Shown here: positions 41,601 through 52,816 of the stretch, piece by piece
Numbering within the stretch: the first letter of the stretch is position 1
How the letters are laid out: each line of letters starts with the position of its first letter
NCBI GenBank assembly: GCA_031409275.1
Contig: JANNXA010000014.1
Location: 192,001-256,000, forward strand
Reading direction: 5' to 3'
Origin: Planctomycetota bacterium
Lineage (GTDB): Bacteria; Planctomycetota; B15-G4; SIAN01
Length of the DNA: 64,000 bases
Position numbers and translations under genes: made by a program
Notes under the pieces: generated by a model
What the model was told of the DNA's origin: nothing
Databases searched by the model: none
The model's input: only the letters and a program-made list of their open reading frames with translations

Positions 41601-43215
41601 CGAGCGTGAACTCCTGGAACGGCATGTTGAACATCGAGAGTTCCTGCTGGCCGGTCGCCAGCGGAACCACGTAGAGCGGCTCGCCGCTCTTCAAGTCGAG
41701 CGCGACGATGTAGGTGTTGACCGCCCCTTCGATGAAGTGGCCGAGCGCGAAGACGACGTCGTCGACGATGGCAGGCGGCGCCTGCACATCGAGCCGCGTG
41801 AGGACGCCCTCGGAATCGCCGCGCTGGCGGCGCAGCGGCCGCTCGAGTCGGTCGCTCACCCGGCTCTTCTCCAGCGGGCGCTGCTCCCACAACAGCGCTC
41901 CGGTCTCCGCATCGAGCGCGACGAGGCCGCGGATCGGGCACGGGTCGTTGATGCGAAAGCCCTGCAGCGTCTTCACGTTGTAGGCCAGCGGCACCTGCAG
42001 GTTGCCCAGCACGACCCCCTGGGCGGCCGAGAGCCCCGCGATCAGCGCCTTGCTCGAGGTCGGGTCGTCGTTGGAACTGCGCGGACTGAAATCCTCGACC
42101 GACAGGAAGCCGTCCTCATCGCGGCCGCGCAGCAGCGCCTGCGGCCCCTCGTACTCCCAGACCAGCTCGCGAGCGAGCAGATCGAAGCACTTCACCGTGA
42201 GCGTGTTGTTCACGTAGAGGCGGTCGCCGAGCCGGATCGGCTGGATCGGCGCGTGGACCATGTCCTTCAGCGGCGAGCGGCCTTCCGACCAGCGCGCGGA
42301 CTCGACTTGCAGGTCGAAGGAGCGGTCGGGGTCGAGCGGCCGCGCCGGCGCGACGCCCTGGCGTGCGCGCGAAGTGTCGCCGCCATAGGTCGGCCAGAGG
42401 TCGCTCGACGGGGCGCGCACGGCCAGCTGCGGCGACGTCGCCAGCGACTGCAGCGTCTGCGATCCACCGGCGACTTCGACCGTCGCACCAGCGGCCGCCG
42501 AGTCCTTCACGAGATCGACCTGCCCGGTCGCCAGCGCGACCAGGGCGCGCGCCTGCGCCGCGAGGATGCCGCTCGCGGCTTCCTCGCCCGGCAACGGCAC
42601 CATCGCGAAGTCGAGCACGCGGCGCGCGTGGTAGGCGGCGACCTCGTTCGCGCCGCGCTCACGATGGAGGCGCGCCAACGCCATCAGCGCCTCCTGGCCG
42701 ACCTTCGCGTTGGCGAAGCGGCGCGCGACGCGACGGAGCGCGAAGAGGTCGCGGTCGGCGCGCGCTCGCTCGAAGGCGGAGCGCCCGATCTGCTCGGCGA
42801 GCCGCGCATAGGCGGCGCGCGCATCGACGGGCGCCTGCATCAACAGCCAGCGCGCGTACTCGGCCGCGCCGACGTAGCGATCGGCGGCGACCTGCAACGC
42901 GGAGGTGCCATGGTCGTCGAGGATCGTCTGCAGCGCGCGCAGCGCGGGCACCAGCGCCCCCTCGCGTCGCAGCGACTCCCAATCGGCGATTCCCTCGCGC
43001 ACTTCCGGCGCTCCCGCGGCCTGGAAGCCGCGGAACTGGTGCTTGTCGGGATCGAACTTCCAGCGCGGATCGGCGATCTGATCCCAACCGCGGAAGTGCT
43101 CCTGGCCCGCAGCCGATCCACCCCCGAGCAGCGAACACGCCGTCACGGCCGCCATCGCCGCGCGGGTCGCGAAGCGGGCGCGAGTCGACCTCGAGAGCGT
43201 CGCGCGGAGGGTCAC
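38641..43215 (-). CDS. Giant secreted PQQ-like/BamB-like beta-propeller plus TPR protein (1524 aa)
   Basis: GTG start overlapping the upstream TGA; signal peptide; WPTYGGDTSR; repeated ALDAETGALLWE-type blades; central TPR region; second propeller at the C-terminus. Confidence 0.85.
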   Translation of the reverse strand: MTLRATLSRSTRARFATRAAMAAVTACSLLGGGSAAGQEHFRGWDQIADPRWKFDPDKHQFRGFQAAGAPEVREGIADWESLRREGALVPALRALQTILDDHGTSALQVAADRYVGAAEYARWLLMQAPVDARAAYARLAEQIGRSAFERARADRDLFALRRVARRFANAKVGQEALMALARLHRERGANEVAAYHARRVLDFAMVPLPGEEAASGILAAQARALVALATGQVDLVKDSAAAGATVEVAGGSQTLQSLATSPQLAVRAPSSDLWPTYGGDTSRARQGVAPARPLDPDRSFDLQVESARWSEGRSPLKDMVHAPIQPIRLGDRLYVNNTLTVKCFDLLARELVWEYEGPQALLRGRDEDGFLSVEDFSPRSSNDDPTSSKALIAGLSAAQGVVLGNLQVPLAYNVKTLQGFRINDPCPIRGLVALDAETGALLWEQRPLEKSRVSDRLERPLRRQRGDSEGVLTRLDVQAPPAIVDDVVFALGHFIEGAVNTYIVALDLKSGEPLYVVPLATGQQELSMFNMPFQEFTLGCPAFADGTLYASTNVGLVAAVDAAFGDLRWLAEYDALRITEPNNYFRNLPRPVHWYNRGALAGPDLALFAPHDSKRLLSLDPATGITRWTRPLASPETDYPSSQLIGVTADRAVIASGGSVAALDLANGRAVWNYPDATLPRGRPLELRGTAALTDGRVWLATEDELLVLDLSNGRPLARQPWYTGEAKNLLVFPDLLLAAGQTTVRIAFDPEEALRELRAQLARGETLELLTRIGSLERQSGALEEASRTLAHALELAADALPVELLRARAARCATLRELAASYRKSGDRERFAAALIEAEALADDAQERTDLVFELLAEVAPDAADERALRWLTRLRDAFATARVMVPTLAARPVPVAICVGMELADRYERRGAIESALAELQRLQSDLPSEMLAAGESAAIAQVRVDALFAKGPPALRERYDREAETAFAAAVAAGDVERLALLLHRYPSARSAPRYVAEELLLLRTARRPLDALVVGTGILRGRTDRSLERSAEVELARAAREIGNEPLARALVARLVRDAESPLPEDLATLANDTRVALPAAGRLEAVATLTLAPNSVVLGGSERPLRGEPLPPDFDSVLVLEQGFDLAVTRLALPSGEERWRRTLRRPRQNEYALNFVQVAGVLVTKRGSQLTGIDLESGAERWTRELDRDAAELASTSGMLLVTLRTPPTQGEEGDPVTLALIEPRSGTSVAMLDCVGTDSRASQMLATAGVGIVTSFGRRGQTVEVFDAITGARRLDAKPAPSGICTPLYLPAQQVVVLPDTRPAPGEAATRQGGVPRVVGWRLDRDEVAFEVDLLPLAYKLKTTYLAAEGLALLGGVATNAGVLLVDPATGAASPLQPLPPAVADSFRRILVLGEEALVRVQGYVDWRKGGPAQLALVAGNGESLWRQDLEVPENTVQIILPDRLLRRGGALLSALQYHAGGRYRTDLIVLDEASGQVLAREGFDGGRPGQRDDLVVSGEWVALRQESTLRVLGWR

Positions 43216-45632
43216 AGCAGGTTGAACTTCTTGCGCAGGATCCATTCGAGCGTCAGCAACGCCATCACCGCGAGCAGCACTTCCGCGCGATCCCAGAGGT
43301 CGCGCCGTTCGGTGCGGATCGGGACACGGCGCGCGTCGCCGTTCAGCGATTCGAGCAGCGCCGGCAGCTCGTGCAGCCCGACGCAGCGGCCACCGCCAGC
43401 GGCGGCGATCGCTTCGAGACGCGGCCGATCGAGCGACGGGTTCACGAACTCGAGCATCGGCACCTGCACTTCGACGGTGCGCTGCGAGAGGCGCTTGCCG
43501 CCTTGCGCGGGGTCCTCGAGCCACAGGCGCAGCGTGCCGGGCGCGTCGGCTCGCAGCGTGCGCGAGTACTCGCCGTCGGCGCTGCGATGGGCGACGAGCT
43601 CTTCCGCGGCCCGATCGCCGCGCTGCACGTGCAGCACCTGCTGATCGGCGCGCGCCGGCCGGAAGTCCTCGTCGTAGATGCGGATCGCCACCTCGATCGG
43701 CTCGCCGAGGTTGTAGCGCTCCTTGTCGGTGCGCAGGTCGAAGCGCTTGTCGGAGCTGCGCAGCTTCTGGATGGCGACGTCGCGGATCGCGGCGCGCCAG
43801 AAGCGCTCCGTGTAGCGATCGGCGTACGGCATGCGCCAACGCCACGTCTCGTCGAATCCGATGTAGAGCGTGCGTCCGGCCGGCACTCGCGTCGCCGCCA
43901 TCAGCACGTGCTCGCCGAAGCGGTTCTTGTTGGTCGGATGGACCAGGATCACCTCGGCGCCCGGCTTCGCGCGCCGCACCGGTGCGTACCACCACATGCC
44001 GGGAAGCCCGACCTCCGCGTCCTCGAAGAGGCGCTGGTTCATCTTCAGGTCGGTTTCGAGCGCGATGATGCGATGCGGCACTTCCCAGTCGGGAAGGTGC
44101 GGGCGGAACTGGCCGCGATCGCGCATCGCCGCCTGCTCTTCCTCGGCATCGCCAAGCTCGACCGGCAGCACGTCGGCGATGGGCGTATCGCGGTAGTCGC
44201 GCGGCGCATGCAGCTGGCCCGCGATCATGATCAAACCGCCGCCAAGCTCGACGAACTCGCGGATCTCGGCCAGCAGGTCGGCGGTGCTGGCGCGCGACTG
44301 GAATCCACGGTCGATGTCGTCGGGCGCGATGTCGCCGAGGATGATCACGTCGTACTGGAACAGGTCCTTGCGCGTCGGCGGGAAGCGCGTCAGCGCCGGC
44401 ACGTCCTTGCTCGACTCCTGGATGAAGTCGACGGCCGCCGACTTGAGCAGGCATTGCGCCTTCAGGTTCTTCGCCCGCAGCAGCACGTCCTTCAGGTAGC
44501 GGTACTGCCAGCGCGGCCGCCCCTCGACGTAGAGGACCTTGATCACTTCGGGCTGCACGCGCAGCGGCACCACGCGAACGTTGTCGTCGACGAACTGCTC
44601 GCCGGGCTTCGGAGTGAACTTCACTTCGAGCTGGAAGTCGCCCTCGCGCGAAGGCTTGAAGTAGATCGTCTCGGTCTGCTGGCCGCCGCGCGCGGTCAAC
44701 GTCAGCCCCTGGCGCGCGAGCTCCGAGCCGCCGATCTTGTCGCTCACGACGATCTCGCCCGGCTCGCCGGCGAAGCCGCGCGCCGACAGCGACACCGAGA
44801 GTGCGACCGTCTCCTCGACCATCGCGAGATCGGGCGCGTCGACCCCGAGCAGCGCGACGTTGTGCGGCTCCGCCGGATTGCCGACGGCGACGGTGTGCAC
44901 GACGATTCCGTCGGCGGCGGCCGCCGCCGCGATCTCGACGGCGTCCTTGCCCTGGTTGCTCTGGCCGTCGCTGACGACGACGAGCGCGGAGAGCTGGCGA
45001 TGGCGCAGCTCGGCGAGCGCCGCCAGCATCGAATCGCCGATCGCCGTCGCTCCGCGCGCCGGATCGGCCGTGCCGCGCATGAGATCGTCGATGGTGGAGA
45101 CGGCGCGATTGCCCGATGCGAAGCCGTAGAGGTGGGCATCGACGCGCTCGTCGAGCTTCGCGAGGGTGTCCACGCCTTCGCGCTTGAGGATGCGCTGGAC
45201 GAGCTCGCCGCGCGCCGTCTGCGCGACCATCGCTTCGTCGAGGCCCGACGCACCGGCGAGCGCGCGGGCGAGGTCGGGCTCGTACTCCTCGGCGCGGTCC
45301 ATCGACAGCGATTCGTCGAACAGCAGCCCGACGGTCGAACGGTGGACGGCGAAGACCTTGCTCTCGCTCACCGGCTGGAACAGCACGAGCAGCAGGATCG
45401 CGATGGCGGCGAGCCGCAACGCGCCGAGCAGCAGCTTGGCGCGGCCGTTGGCGCTCGCCCCTTCCTTGCGGTAGATCGCGCCGACCGCAAGCACGAGCAG
45501 CGGGACGATGACCAGCACGATCACCCACGCCGGCGGCGCCGACGCGAAGGCGTAATCCTCGCTCACCTTCTCCGCGACCGGCACCTGCGCGAGCAGGCCA
45601 AGGAACGCGGGCAGCGTCGACGCCAGGTTCAT
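43212..45632 (-). CDS. Membrane protein with vWA (MIDAS) and class-I glutamine-amidotransferase-like domains
   Basis: ATGA overlap; N-terminal TMs; MIDAS DESLSM...ATAIG...VSDGQSN; VLYVEGRPRWQYRYL; YDVIILGD; GFDETWRWR; C-terminal LEWILRK. Confidence 0.88.
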   Translation of the reverse strand: MNLASTLPAFLGLLAQVPVAEKVSEDYAFASAPPAWVIVLVIVPLLVLAVGAIYRKEGASANGRAKLLLGALRLAAIAILLLVLFQPVSESKVFAVHRSTVGLLFDESLSMDRAEEYEPDLARALAGASGLDEAMVAQTARGELVQRILKREGVDTLAKLDERVDAHLYGFASGNRAVSTIDDLMRGTADPARGATAIGDSMLAALAELRHRQLSALVVVSDGQSNQGKDAVEIAAAAAADGIVVHTVAVGNPAEPHNVALLGVDAPDLAMVEETVALSVSLSARGFAGEPGEIVVSDKIGGSELARQGLTLTARGGQQTETIYFKPSREGDFQLEVKFTPKPGEQFVDDNVRVVPLRVQPEVIKVLYVEGRPRWQYRYLKDVLLRAKNLKAQCLLKSAAVDFIQESSKDVPALTRFPPTRKDLFQYDVIILGDIAPDDIDRGFQSRASTADLLAEIREFVELGGGLIMIAGQLHAPRDYRDTPIADVLPVELGDAEEEQAAMRDRGQFRPHLPDWEVPHRIIALETDLKMNQRLFEDAEVGLPGMWWYAPVRRAKPGAEVILVHPTNKNRFGEHVLMAATRVPAGRTLYIGFDETWRWRMPYADRYTERFWRAAIRDVAIQKLRSSDKRFDLRTDKERYNLGEPIEVAIRIYDEDFRPARADQQVLHVQRGDRAAEELVAHRSADGEYSRTLRADAPGTLRLWLEDPAQGGKRLSQRTVEVQVPMLEFVNPSLDRPRLEAIAAAGGGRCVGLHELPALLESLNGDARRVPIRTERRDLWDRAEVLLAVMALLTLEWILRKKFNLL

Positions 45633-47956
45633 GCGGAATAGGCTCCGAAGCGCCAGGCAAGCAGCGTCTCGAGCAACAGCAGCGCCAGCAGTGCCAGGAC
45701 CAGCTTCTTCCAGATCTCGCCCTGCCGCTCCGGAGCCTGCTCGGCGACGTCGGTCGGGATCTCGCGGGCGTGGTACTGATGGGTGACGCGCGCGAGCAGC
45801 GACGCGACCGCCTCGCGATCGAGGCAGCGCAGATCGCTCTCGCTGGCATCGAGGTTCACCGCGAAGAGTTCCGTCGCCGGCGGGTCCTCGCCGCCGAACT
45901 GCACCTCGAGCGTGTAAAGCCCGGGCACGCGCGTGTCGGCGAAGGCGGGAAGGCGCCACAGTCCGCGCACCGCTTCGCGCGGCGGATCGCGGAACGCGCG
46001 CGCCGCGCCGCCCGGAATCGAGACGGTCCACGACAGCGGCGGCGTCGGATAGCCGCGCGCGATGGCGCCGCCGATGGGCAGCTCATGGTCGCCCGGATCG
46101 CGGACGCAGAGGAAGTTCAGCATGTCCCAGATCAGCGGGAAGTAGGCGCTGGCCACGCGCGTGAAGTTCGACCACGAGTCATCCGTGCCGCTCAAGTTGA
46201 GCCACAGCGTGCGGCCGCGGCCGACACGATGGTCGATCAGCGCCGGCGCTCCGCTGACCTCATGGCGCAGCACGACGCGGGCATCCTTGGGCAGCGCGTA
46301 GCTGCCGTTCGGGTCGGGCTGGAACGGCCAGTAGCGGAAGATCGGGAAGCGCAGGTAGAGACGACGCCGATCGTCGGCGAACGTGCGAACGGCCGGGTGG
46401 AGCTCGTCGGCGATCTCGAGGCGAAACGGCGCGTCGCGCCGCGCGCTGCCGGCGCTCGGGTCGTACTCCTCGCCGATCGGTTCGGCGCCGAGACGAAGCG
46501 GCATCAGGCCGCTGCCATCGCCCTTGTAGAGCCGCTCGTTCCACGTCTCGGCACGCACCTCTTCGCCCAGCAGGAAGAGCGCGCCACCACCGCCGTCGAT
46601 GTAGGCCGCAAGCTCGGGCAGGACGCGCTCGGCCTCGATCTCGCGCACGTCGACGAAGATCACCGCGTCGTACTTCGCGAAGTCGGGCTTCGTGCGCGAC
46701 AGGTCGTACCAGGGCACGACGGTCGGTTCGAACCAGCGGCGCGGGTCGGACGCCTCGAGGTCGTTGAAGAGCGGGTCGAGGATGAGGAGGAGACCGCCCG
46801 CCGAGCCGGCCAGCGGATCGCCGCCCGACGGCGCGCCGTCGACCACCAGCACCGGAAGGCTGCGCTTGACCGGCAGCCGCAGGAAGCGCGCATCGTCGTC
46901 GGCGAGATCGTCCTCATCGACGCGGAACTCGACGCCCAGGTCGCCTTCGCTCGTGCACGAGTGGTAGAGCTCGACGCTCGCCTTGCCTTCCGCGTCGTAG
47001 CGGAACGTGACCGGCCGCTCGACATCGCCGATGCGGAAGCGCCCGCTGCCGTTGGTCGCACGCCCCTGGCGCACGACGCTCGCGGTGAGGCGCAACGACT
47101 GCCCCTGGATCGCCAGCGCTTCGCTCGCGCGCAGGTCGGTGACGGCGACGTTCTCGACCGGCAACAGGCCGTCGGCGAGGTTGACGAGGTGCAGGTCGCT
47201 GCGCTCGCCCAGACGTCGCATGCGACCGACCAGCGCGCCGTTCAGGGCGGCGTCGGCCGTCGCGAGGTCGGAGTTCGCGGCGTCGGAATCGGCAGCGCCC
47301 GCGGCGAGGTCATCGAAGGTGATGCCCTGGAAGTCGGAGAGCAGCCAGACCTCGGGCCGCGCGAGCACCTGCTTGTCGAGCACCTCGTCCAGCAGCAGGT
47401 CGAGCGCCCGCGCAAGATCGGCGCGCTCGTACTGCGGGCGCCCCAAGGTCGCGAGCTTGCGCTCGAAGTCGTCGAATCCCGCCGACACGCAGAGGAGGCG
47501 CGGCTCCTTGGCGAAGGTGAGCAGCGAGATGCGGTCCTGGCGCTCCGCCTTCAATCCGGCCTGCAGGCGGCGCGACTGCTCGATCGCCGCCTGGTAGAGC
47601 GTGCCGTTGCCGGCGCGGCGGCTCATGCTGTACGACTCGTCGAGGACGACGATCACCTCGCGCTGCGGCTCGCCGAATCCGGAGAGGGCGCTGTCGGGCC
47701 CGAAGTAGGGCCGCGCGAAGGCCAGCGCCAGGATGACCGGGATCGCGCAGCGCAGCAACAAAAGCAGCAGGTTCTCGACTTGCAGCTTCTTGCGCCGTTT
47801 CTGGTACGCGGTGAGCAGGAACTCCATCGCCGCCCACGGCACGGTGCGGTAGCGACGGCGATTCAGCAGGTGGATCACCAGCGGAACCGCGAGCAGCGCC
47901 GCGAAACCGGCCAGAGCCGGATTCAGCATCACCAGCAGCGTCATGGCGAAACTCAT
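45629..47956 (-). CDS. BatA (N-terminal double-TM) plus vWA domain protein
   Basis: AVPLVIHLLNRRRYRTVPWAAMEFL...LLLLLRC BatA motif; MIDAS DESYSM...LSDFQ; FAVNLDASESDL; C-terminal TM. Confidence 0.9.
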   Translation of the reverse strand: MSFAMTLLVMLNPALAGFAALLAVPLVIHLLNRRRYRTVPWAAMEFLLTAYQKRRKKLQVENLLLLLLRCAIPVILALAFARPYFGPDSALSGFGEPQREVIVVLDESYSMSRRAGNGTLYQAAIEQSRRLQAGLKAERQDRISLLTFAKEPRLLCVSAGFDDFERKLATLGRPQYERADLARALDLLLDEVLDKQVLARPEVWLLSDFQGITFDDLAAGAADSDAANSDLATADAALNGALVGRMRRLGERSDLHLVNLADGLLPVENVAVTDLRASEALAIQGQSLRLTASVVRQGRATNGSGRFRIGDVERPVTFRYDAEGKASVELYHSCTSEGDLGVEFRVDEDDLADDDARFLRLPVKRSLPVLVVDGAPSGGDPLAGSAGGLLLILDPLFNDLEASDPRRWFEPTVVPWYDLSRTKPDFAKYDAVIFVDVREIEAERVLPELAAYIDGGGGALFLLGEEVRAETWNERLYKGDGSGLMPLRLGAEPIGEEYDPSAGSARRDAPFRLEIADELHPAVRTFADDRRRLYLRFPIFRYWPFQPDPNGSYALPKDARVVLRHEVSGAPALIDHRVGRGRTLWLNLSGTDDSWSNFTRVASAYFPLIWDMLNFLCVRDPGDHELPIGGAIARGYPTPPLSWTVSIPGGAARAFRDPPREAVRGLWRLPAFADTRVPGLYTLEVQFGGEDPPATELFAVNLDASESDLRCLDREAVASLLARVTHQYHAREIPTDVAEQAPERQGEIWKKLVLALLALLLLETLLAWRFGAYSA

Positions 47957-48838
47957 CGGCGCGACGCCTTGCGAGCGCGCCGCGCGAGGATCGCGGTGAG
48001 CGGCACGTCGAGACTCGTCGAGGTGTCGATCGACTCGAAGTCGATGCGTTCCTTGAGGCAACCGCGCTTCAGGTCGCGGCGGAACTGCTCGAGCGCGGCG
48101 AGGTACTCCGCCTTCATCGCGCGCGGGTCGACGATCAGCTCGCCGGCGCCTTCGAGGCCGACGAACTTGTAGAGCGTGTTGCGCGAGAACTCGAAGGTGA
48201 GCTCCTCCGGCATCAGCAGTTGCAGCAGCAGCACGTCGTGCTTGCGGCTGCGCAGACGCGCAAGGCCGCGCAACGTCTCCTCGACCGGCGCGAAGAAGTC
48301 GGAGATGACGACGATCAGGCTGCGCCGGTGGGTGCGCTCGGCGAGGTCGGAGAGCACCGGCAGCAGCGAAGTGCGCGTCTCGGGCGGGCGCGGCCCGGTC
48401 TCGAGCGTGCGGAAGATCGACTGCAGGTGCGCCGGGCTCGTGTGCGGCTCGACGAAGTGATGCACCTGCGTGTCGAAGAGCGCAATGCCGGCTGCGTCGC
48501 GCTGGCGGATCAGGAGGTGCGAGAGCGCGGCGGCGAGCAGCGTCCCGTACTGGAAGCGGGTGGTGTCGAATCCCTCGGGGAAGCGCATCGAACCCGAGGT
48601 GTCGAGCGCGATCAGGCAGCGGAGGTTCGTCTCCTCCTCGTACTGCTTGACGTAGTAGCGGTCGTTGCGCCCGTAGACCTTCCAGTCCAGATGGCGCAGA
48701 TCGTCTCCGGGCACGTACTCGCGGTGCTCGGCGAACTCCACCGATGCGCCGCGATACGGGCTGCGATGCGATCCCTGCAGGAAGCCTTCGACGATCAGGC
48801 GCGCCTTGACCTCGAGGCGCCCGAGTCGATCGACGACC

Positions 48839-49882
<1,044 letters not shown>

Positions 49883-50160
49883 CCGAACTCTCCTCGATCC
49901 GCGGGTGCGCGGCAGCAGGCCGCCGCACCGCCGTTCTGAATCCGAACCTCTCCCCGGGGAGCCGGGGCTCCCCACTATGCATCGACCGTCGACGGGCAGA
50001 AGGGCGATTTTTGCTGCGCGCCTCGAGCACGACCGCCGGCCTGAAATGGGTAGCGCTCTCCGTACGACCGGGAACGGCGAAGAGGCAGATCCGTTGCGCC
50101 GCAATCTTGGCGCTGCCGGCTAATACCTCGTCCCCGCCCGCCTCCAGGGAGCATCGCCTC

Positions 50161-50664
50161 GTGACGCCAACCGCCCCCACTTTGCGCCCGCTCTTGAATC
50201 GGATCGCGCTGCCGGCGCTGATCACGCTCGCCATCACCCTGGCCCGCATCGCTGGCGAACTGGGCTCGCTCCCCAACTGGCTCGCCGGTCGCGGGGCTGG
50301 CGGCAACGGTGCGCTGCTCGGCATCTCCTGGCTGCCGCCGCTGCTCGGCTGGTGGTTCGCGCGCGAGATCGCGGGCCGCAGCGAGCGGCCGAAACGCGAG
50401 CTCGCGAAGACCCTGATCGCCTACGGCTTCCTCGCGCGGTTGCCGGTGCTCCTTCTGACGTGGATGGCGATCGAGCGGGGTTGGGACACCCACCTCACCA
50501 AGTTCGGCAAGGACAACGAGTCCGACCCCGGCACGTTCCTCGCCCGCATGGGCATGGCCGCCGTCGCGCAGCTGGGCTTCTGGGTCTTCGCCTGGACGCT
50601 CGGCACCGGAATGTTGGTCGGGTGGCTCTACCTGCGGCGGCGCTCCCAGCGCGCCGCTACTTGA
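50161..50664 (+). CDS. Four-TM hypothetical membrane protein
   Basis: Four hydrophobic segments; GGGAG SD before GTG at 50161. Confidence 0.7.
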   Translation: MTPTAPTLRPLLNRIALPALITLAITLARIAGELGSLPNWLAGRGAGGNGALLGISWLPPLLGWWFAREIAGRSERPKRELAKTLIAYGFLARLPVLLLTWMAIERGWDTHLTKFGKDNESDPGTFLARMGMAAVAQLGFWVFAWTLGTGMLVGWLYLRRRSQRAAT

Positions 50665-52816
50665 ACAGCAAGGTGAACAGCGAGCTCGTCGAGACCATCC
50701 GATCCCCCGCGATCGCGAGGTCGCCGAAGGTGCCGAACTCGGGATAAGGGACGCCGACGGCCGCCGGCGGTTGGATGGAGGCGAGCAGGCCGCCCTCGAG
50801 GTCGACTCGATAGATGCAGCGGTCGGTCGGCACGAAGAGCCAGCGCCGCGTGATGGCCGGCACGCCGGTGATCCGGTTGCCGCGCAGGACCGAGATCGAC
50901 TGCTCCCACATCGGCACGCCGTCGTGGTCGGTCGCTTCGATCGAGTAGCGCGGGGCGCCGCCGTCGCCGCCTTCGCGCCGCACGAACCAGCAGCGTTTCG
51001 CGTCCGCGCCGAGCAGGCACTGACGCAGCTGCTTCTCGATCGGCTCGTTCAGCAACAGGTCGCCGCGTTCGTTGGGCCAGCGCGCGAGCGAGTAGAGGTA
51101 GTGCGAATCGGCCGGGCTGGCGATCACGCGATCGGCCAGTGCGATCGGCGCGCGACCGAGCCACGGGCCAAGGTCGTGGAGCGCGGCGCGCTCGAAGCGG
51201 TCGCCGTCCGGCGGCACCGCGCGGTGGTAGCGGAACAGCCAGGCCAGCTCGAGATCGCTCGCCCGCAGCGCCGCGATCGCGCCGAGATTGGTGCAGACGA
51301 AGGCCACGCCGCCCTCGACGACGACGGGCGACGGATTCACCCGCCGCGCCTCGTCGGCGCCGAAGCGCGAGGCGACGCGCGGAATCGCGGCGGCGCGCGC
51401 CAGGAAGGTCGCCGTCAGCGGCGCACCGCTCGCCGCATCGAACGCGAGCAGCGCGCACTCGCTCTCCTTCACGCGCAGACGCGAAGCGGCCACCAGCAGG
51501 CGGCCATCGCTTTGCACCGCCGCGCCCGCGAAGACGTGATCGGCGAACTCGGCGCGCGTGGCGAGTTCGGCGCTGGTCACGCGGAACTCGACATACCCCT
51601 CGCGCGCGAGGTCGAGCCGGAACAGGGCGGTCCGGGCCGAGGCTTGTCCATCGCGCCCGAGCTGGCGCGCCTCCTGGCCGGGATCGCGCAGTTCCATCGT
51701 GACGAACAACGCCTCGCCCTCATTCGAGAGCGCGCATCGATCGAGCACGACTTCGTCCTGCTCCGGATCGAGGTGGAGGTCGAAGTCGCTGCGGATCGGC
51801 GCGTAGAGCTCATCGCCCGTGGCGAGGCTCCGGACATGGAGCGCCACGACTCCGCCATCGCCCGCCACCAACGGCTCGAGCGTGATCAGCCGATCGCCGA
51901 CCACCAGAGGCGCGCGCGTCGGCAGGTCCTTCAGCTCCGGCTCATCCTGTGTGGTCTGGTGCTGAACCAACAGGAAGCGGTTGCGATGGAGCGCGTACTC
52001 CGGATCGCGCACCGGCTGCGGAGCGGGAGGCGGCACGAACCAGCGTTCGAAACCCGGCAACGTCGCCCCGAAATCGAATCCGGGTCGCCGCGCCGCGTCG
52101 GCCGTTTCGCGCAGCGTCGTCCAATCGCGCGGCGCATCGCCCGCCGTCGGTGGCAGTGCGACGGTCGCATCGGGCCAGCGGGCAAGCGGCTCGCGGGGAA
52201 GCTCGCGGCCGAGCCGTGCGTACGCTTCGAGCAGCCTTGCCGCCGCCAAGGCACGCGCGGCGCCGGGACCGGCGCTTGGCCAATGGACGAGCCGTTCGAG
52301 GTCGGCGACCGCGGCGCCGAATCGACCCGACAGCAGTTGCCGCACCCCCGAATCGAGCAGCGCCCGTTCACCACTCGCCTGCAGCGGATGGCGCGCCGCG
52401 AAGGTGCGCTGGCGCGCGTCATCCCCGCCCAAGGGTGACTTCTCGGCGATCAGCTCTTCGGCGCGCGCCAGCTCGGCGCGAACGTCCGCCGGCAATCGCA
52501 ACAGGAAGAGGAGCGCCGCGGTCTCCACCGGAACCACCAGCCGTTCGCCGACGCGCACGCGGCCGCGAGTCGCGCTGCGGAGCAGGTTCACGATCTCGTC
52601 GCCGGCCGCCCGCGCCCGCCCCGCCGCCAGGTGCTCCTCGGCGTGATAGAACGCGAGCCGCGCAGCTTCGGGCTCATCGCCGACATCGGTCGCATTGCTG
52701 AAGTCGACCGACTCGGGCAACGTCGATTGAGCGCGCAGCGGCGACGGCGACGCGACGAGGGCGCAACTGAGCGCGAGGAGCCGCGCGAGCAGTCCGCGAC
52801 GAGCGTCACTCCTCAT
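50657..52816 (-). CDS. Secreted PQQ-like/BamB-like beta-propeller protein
   Basis: Signal peptide ending LRA; blades LLAFDAASGAPL, GVAFVCTNLGAIAAL and ASPADSHYLYSL; similar to the N-terminal half of 38641-43215. Confidence 0.75.
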   Translation of the reverse strand: MRSDARRGLLARLLALSCALVASPSPLRAQSTLPESVDFSNATDVGDEPEAARLAFYHAEEHLAAGRARAAGDEIVNLLRSATRGRVRVGERLVVPVETAALLFLLRLPADVRAELARAEELIAEKSPLGGDDARQRTFAARHPLQASGERALLDSGVRQLLSGRFGAAVADLERLVHWPSAGPGAARALAAARLLEAYARLGRELPREPLARWPDATVALPPTAGDAPRDWTTLRETADAARRPGFDFGATLPGFERWFVPPPAPQPVRDPEYALHRNRFLLVQHQTTQDEPELKDLPTRAPLVVGDRLITLEPLVAGDGGVVALHVRSLATGDELYAPIRSDFDLHLDPEQDEVVLDRCALSNEGEALFVTMELRDPGQEARQLGRDGQASARTALFRLDLAREGYVEFRVTSAELATRAEFADHVFAGAAVQSDGRLLVAASRLRVKESECALLAFDAASGAPLTATFLARAAAIPRVASRFGADEARRVNPSPVVVEGGVAFVCTNLGAIAALRASDLELAWLFRYHRAVPPDGDRFERAALHDLGPWLGRAPIALADRVIASPADSHYLYSLARWPNERGDLLLNEPIEKQLRQCLLGADAKRCWFVRREGGDGGAPRYSIEATDHDGVPMWEQSISVLRGNRITGVPAITRRWLFVPTDRCIYRVDLEGGLLASIQPPAAVGVPYPEFGTFGDLAIAGDRMVSTSSLFTLLFK

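Noticed and set aside
38815..43644. 1609-aa plus-strand ORF, and similar ORFs 42363-45641, 45770-48172 and 20271-22694
   Set aside because: Antisense shadows of well-supported minus-strand genes; Arg/Ala-rich nonsense composition.
43216..45849. N-terminal 878 codons of the 2402-aa ORF 38641-45849
   Set aside because: Out-of-frame overlap with the vWA/GATase gene. The real protein starts at the GTG at 43215 with a signal peptide.
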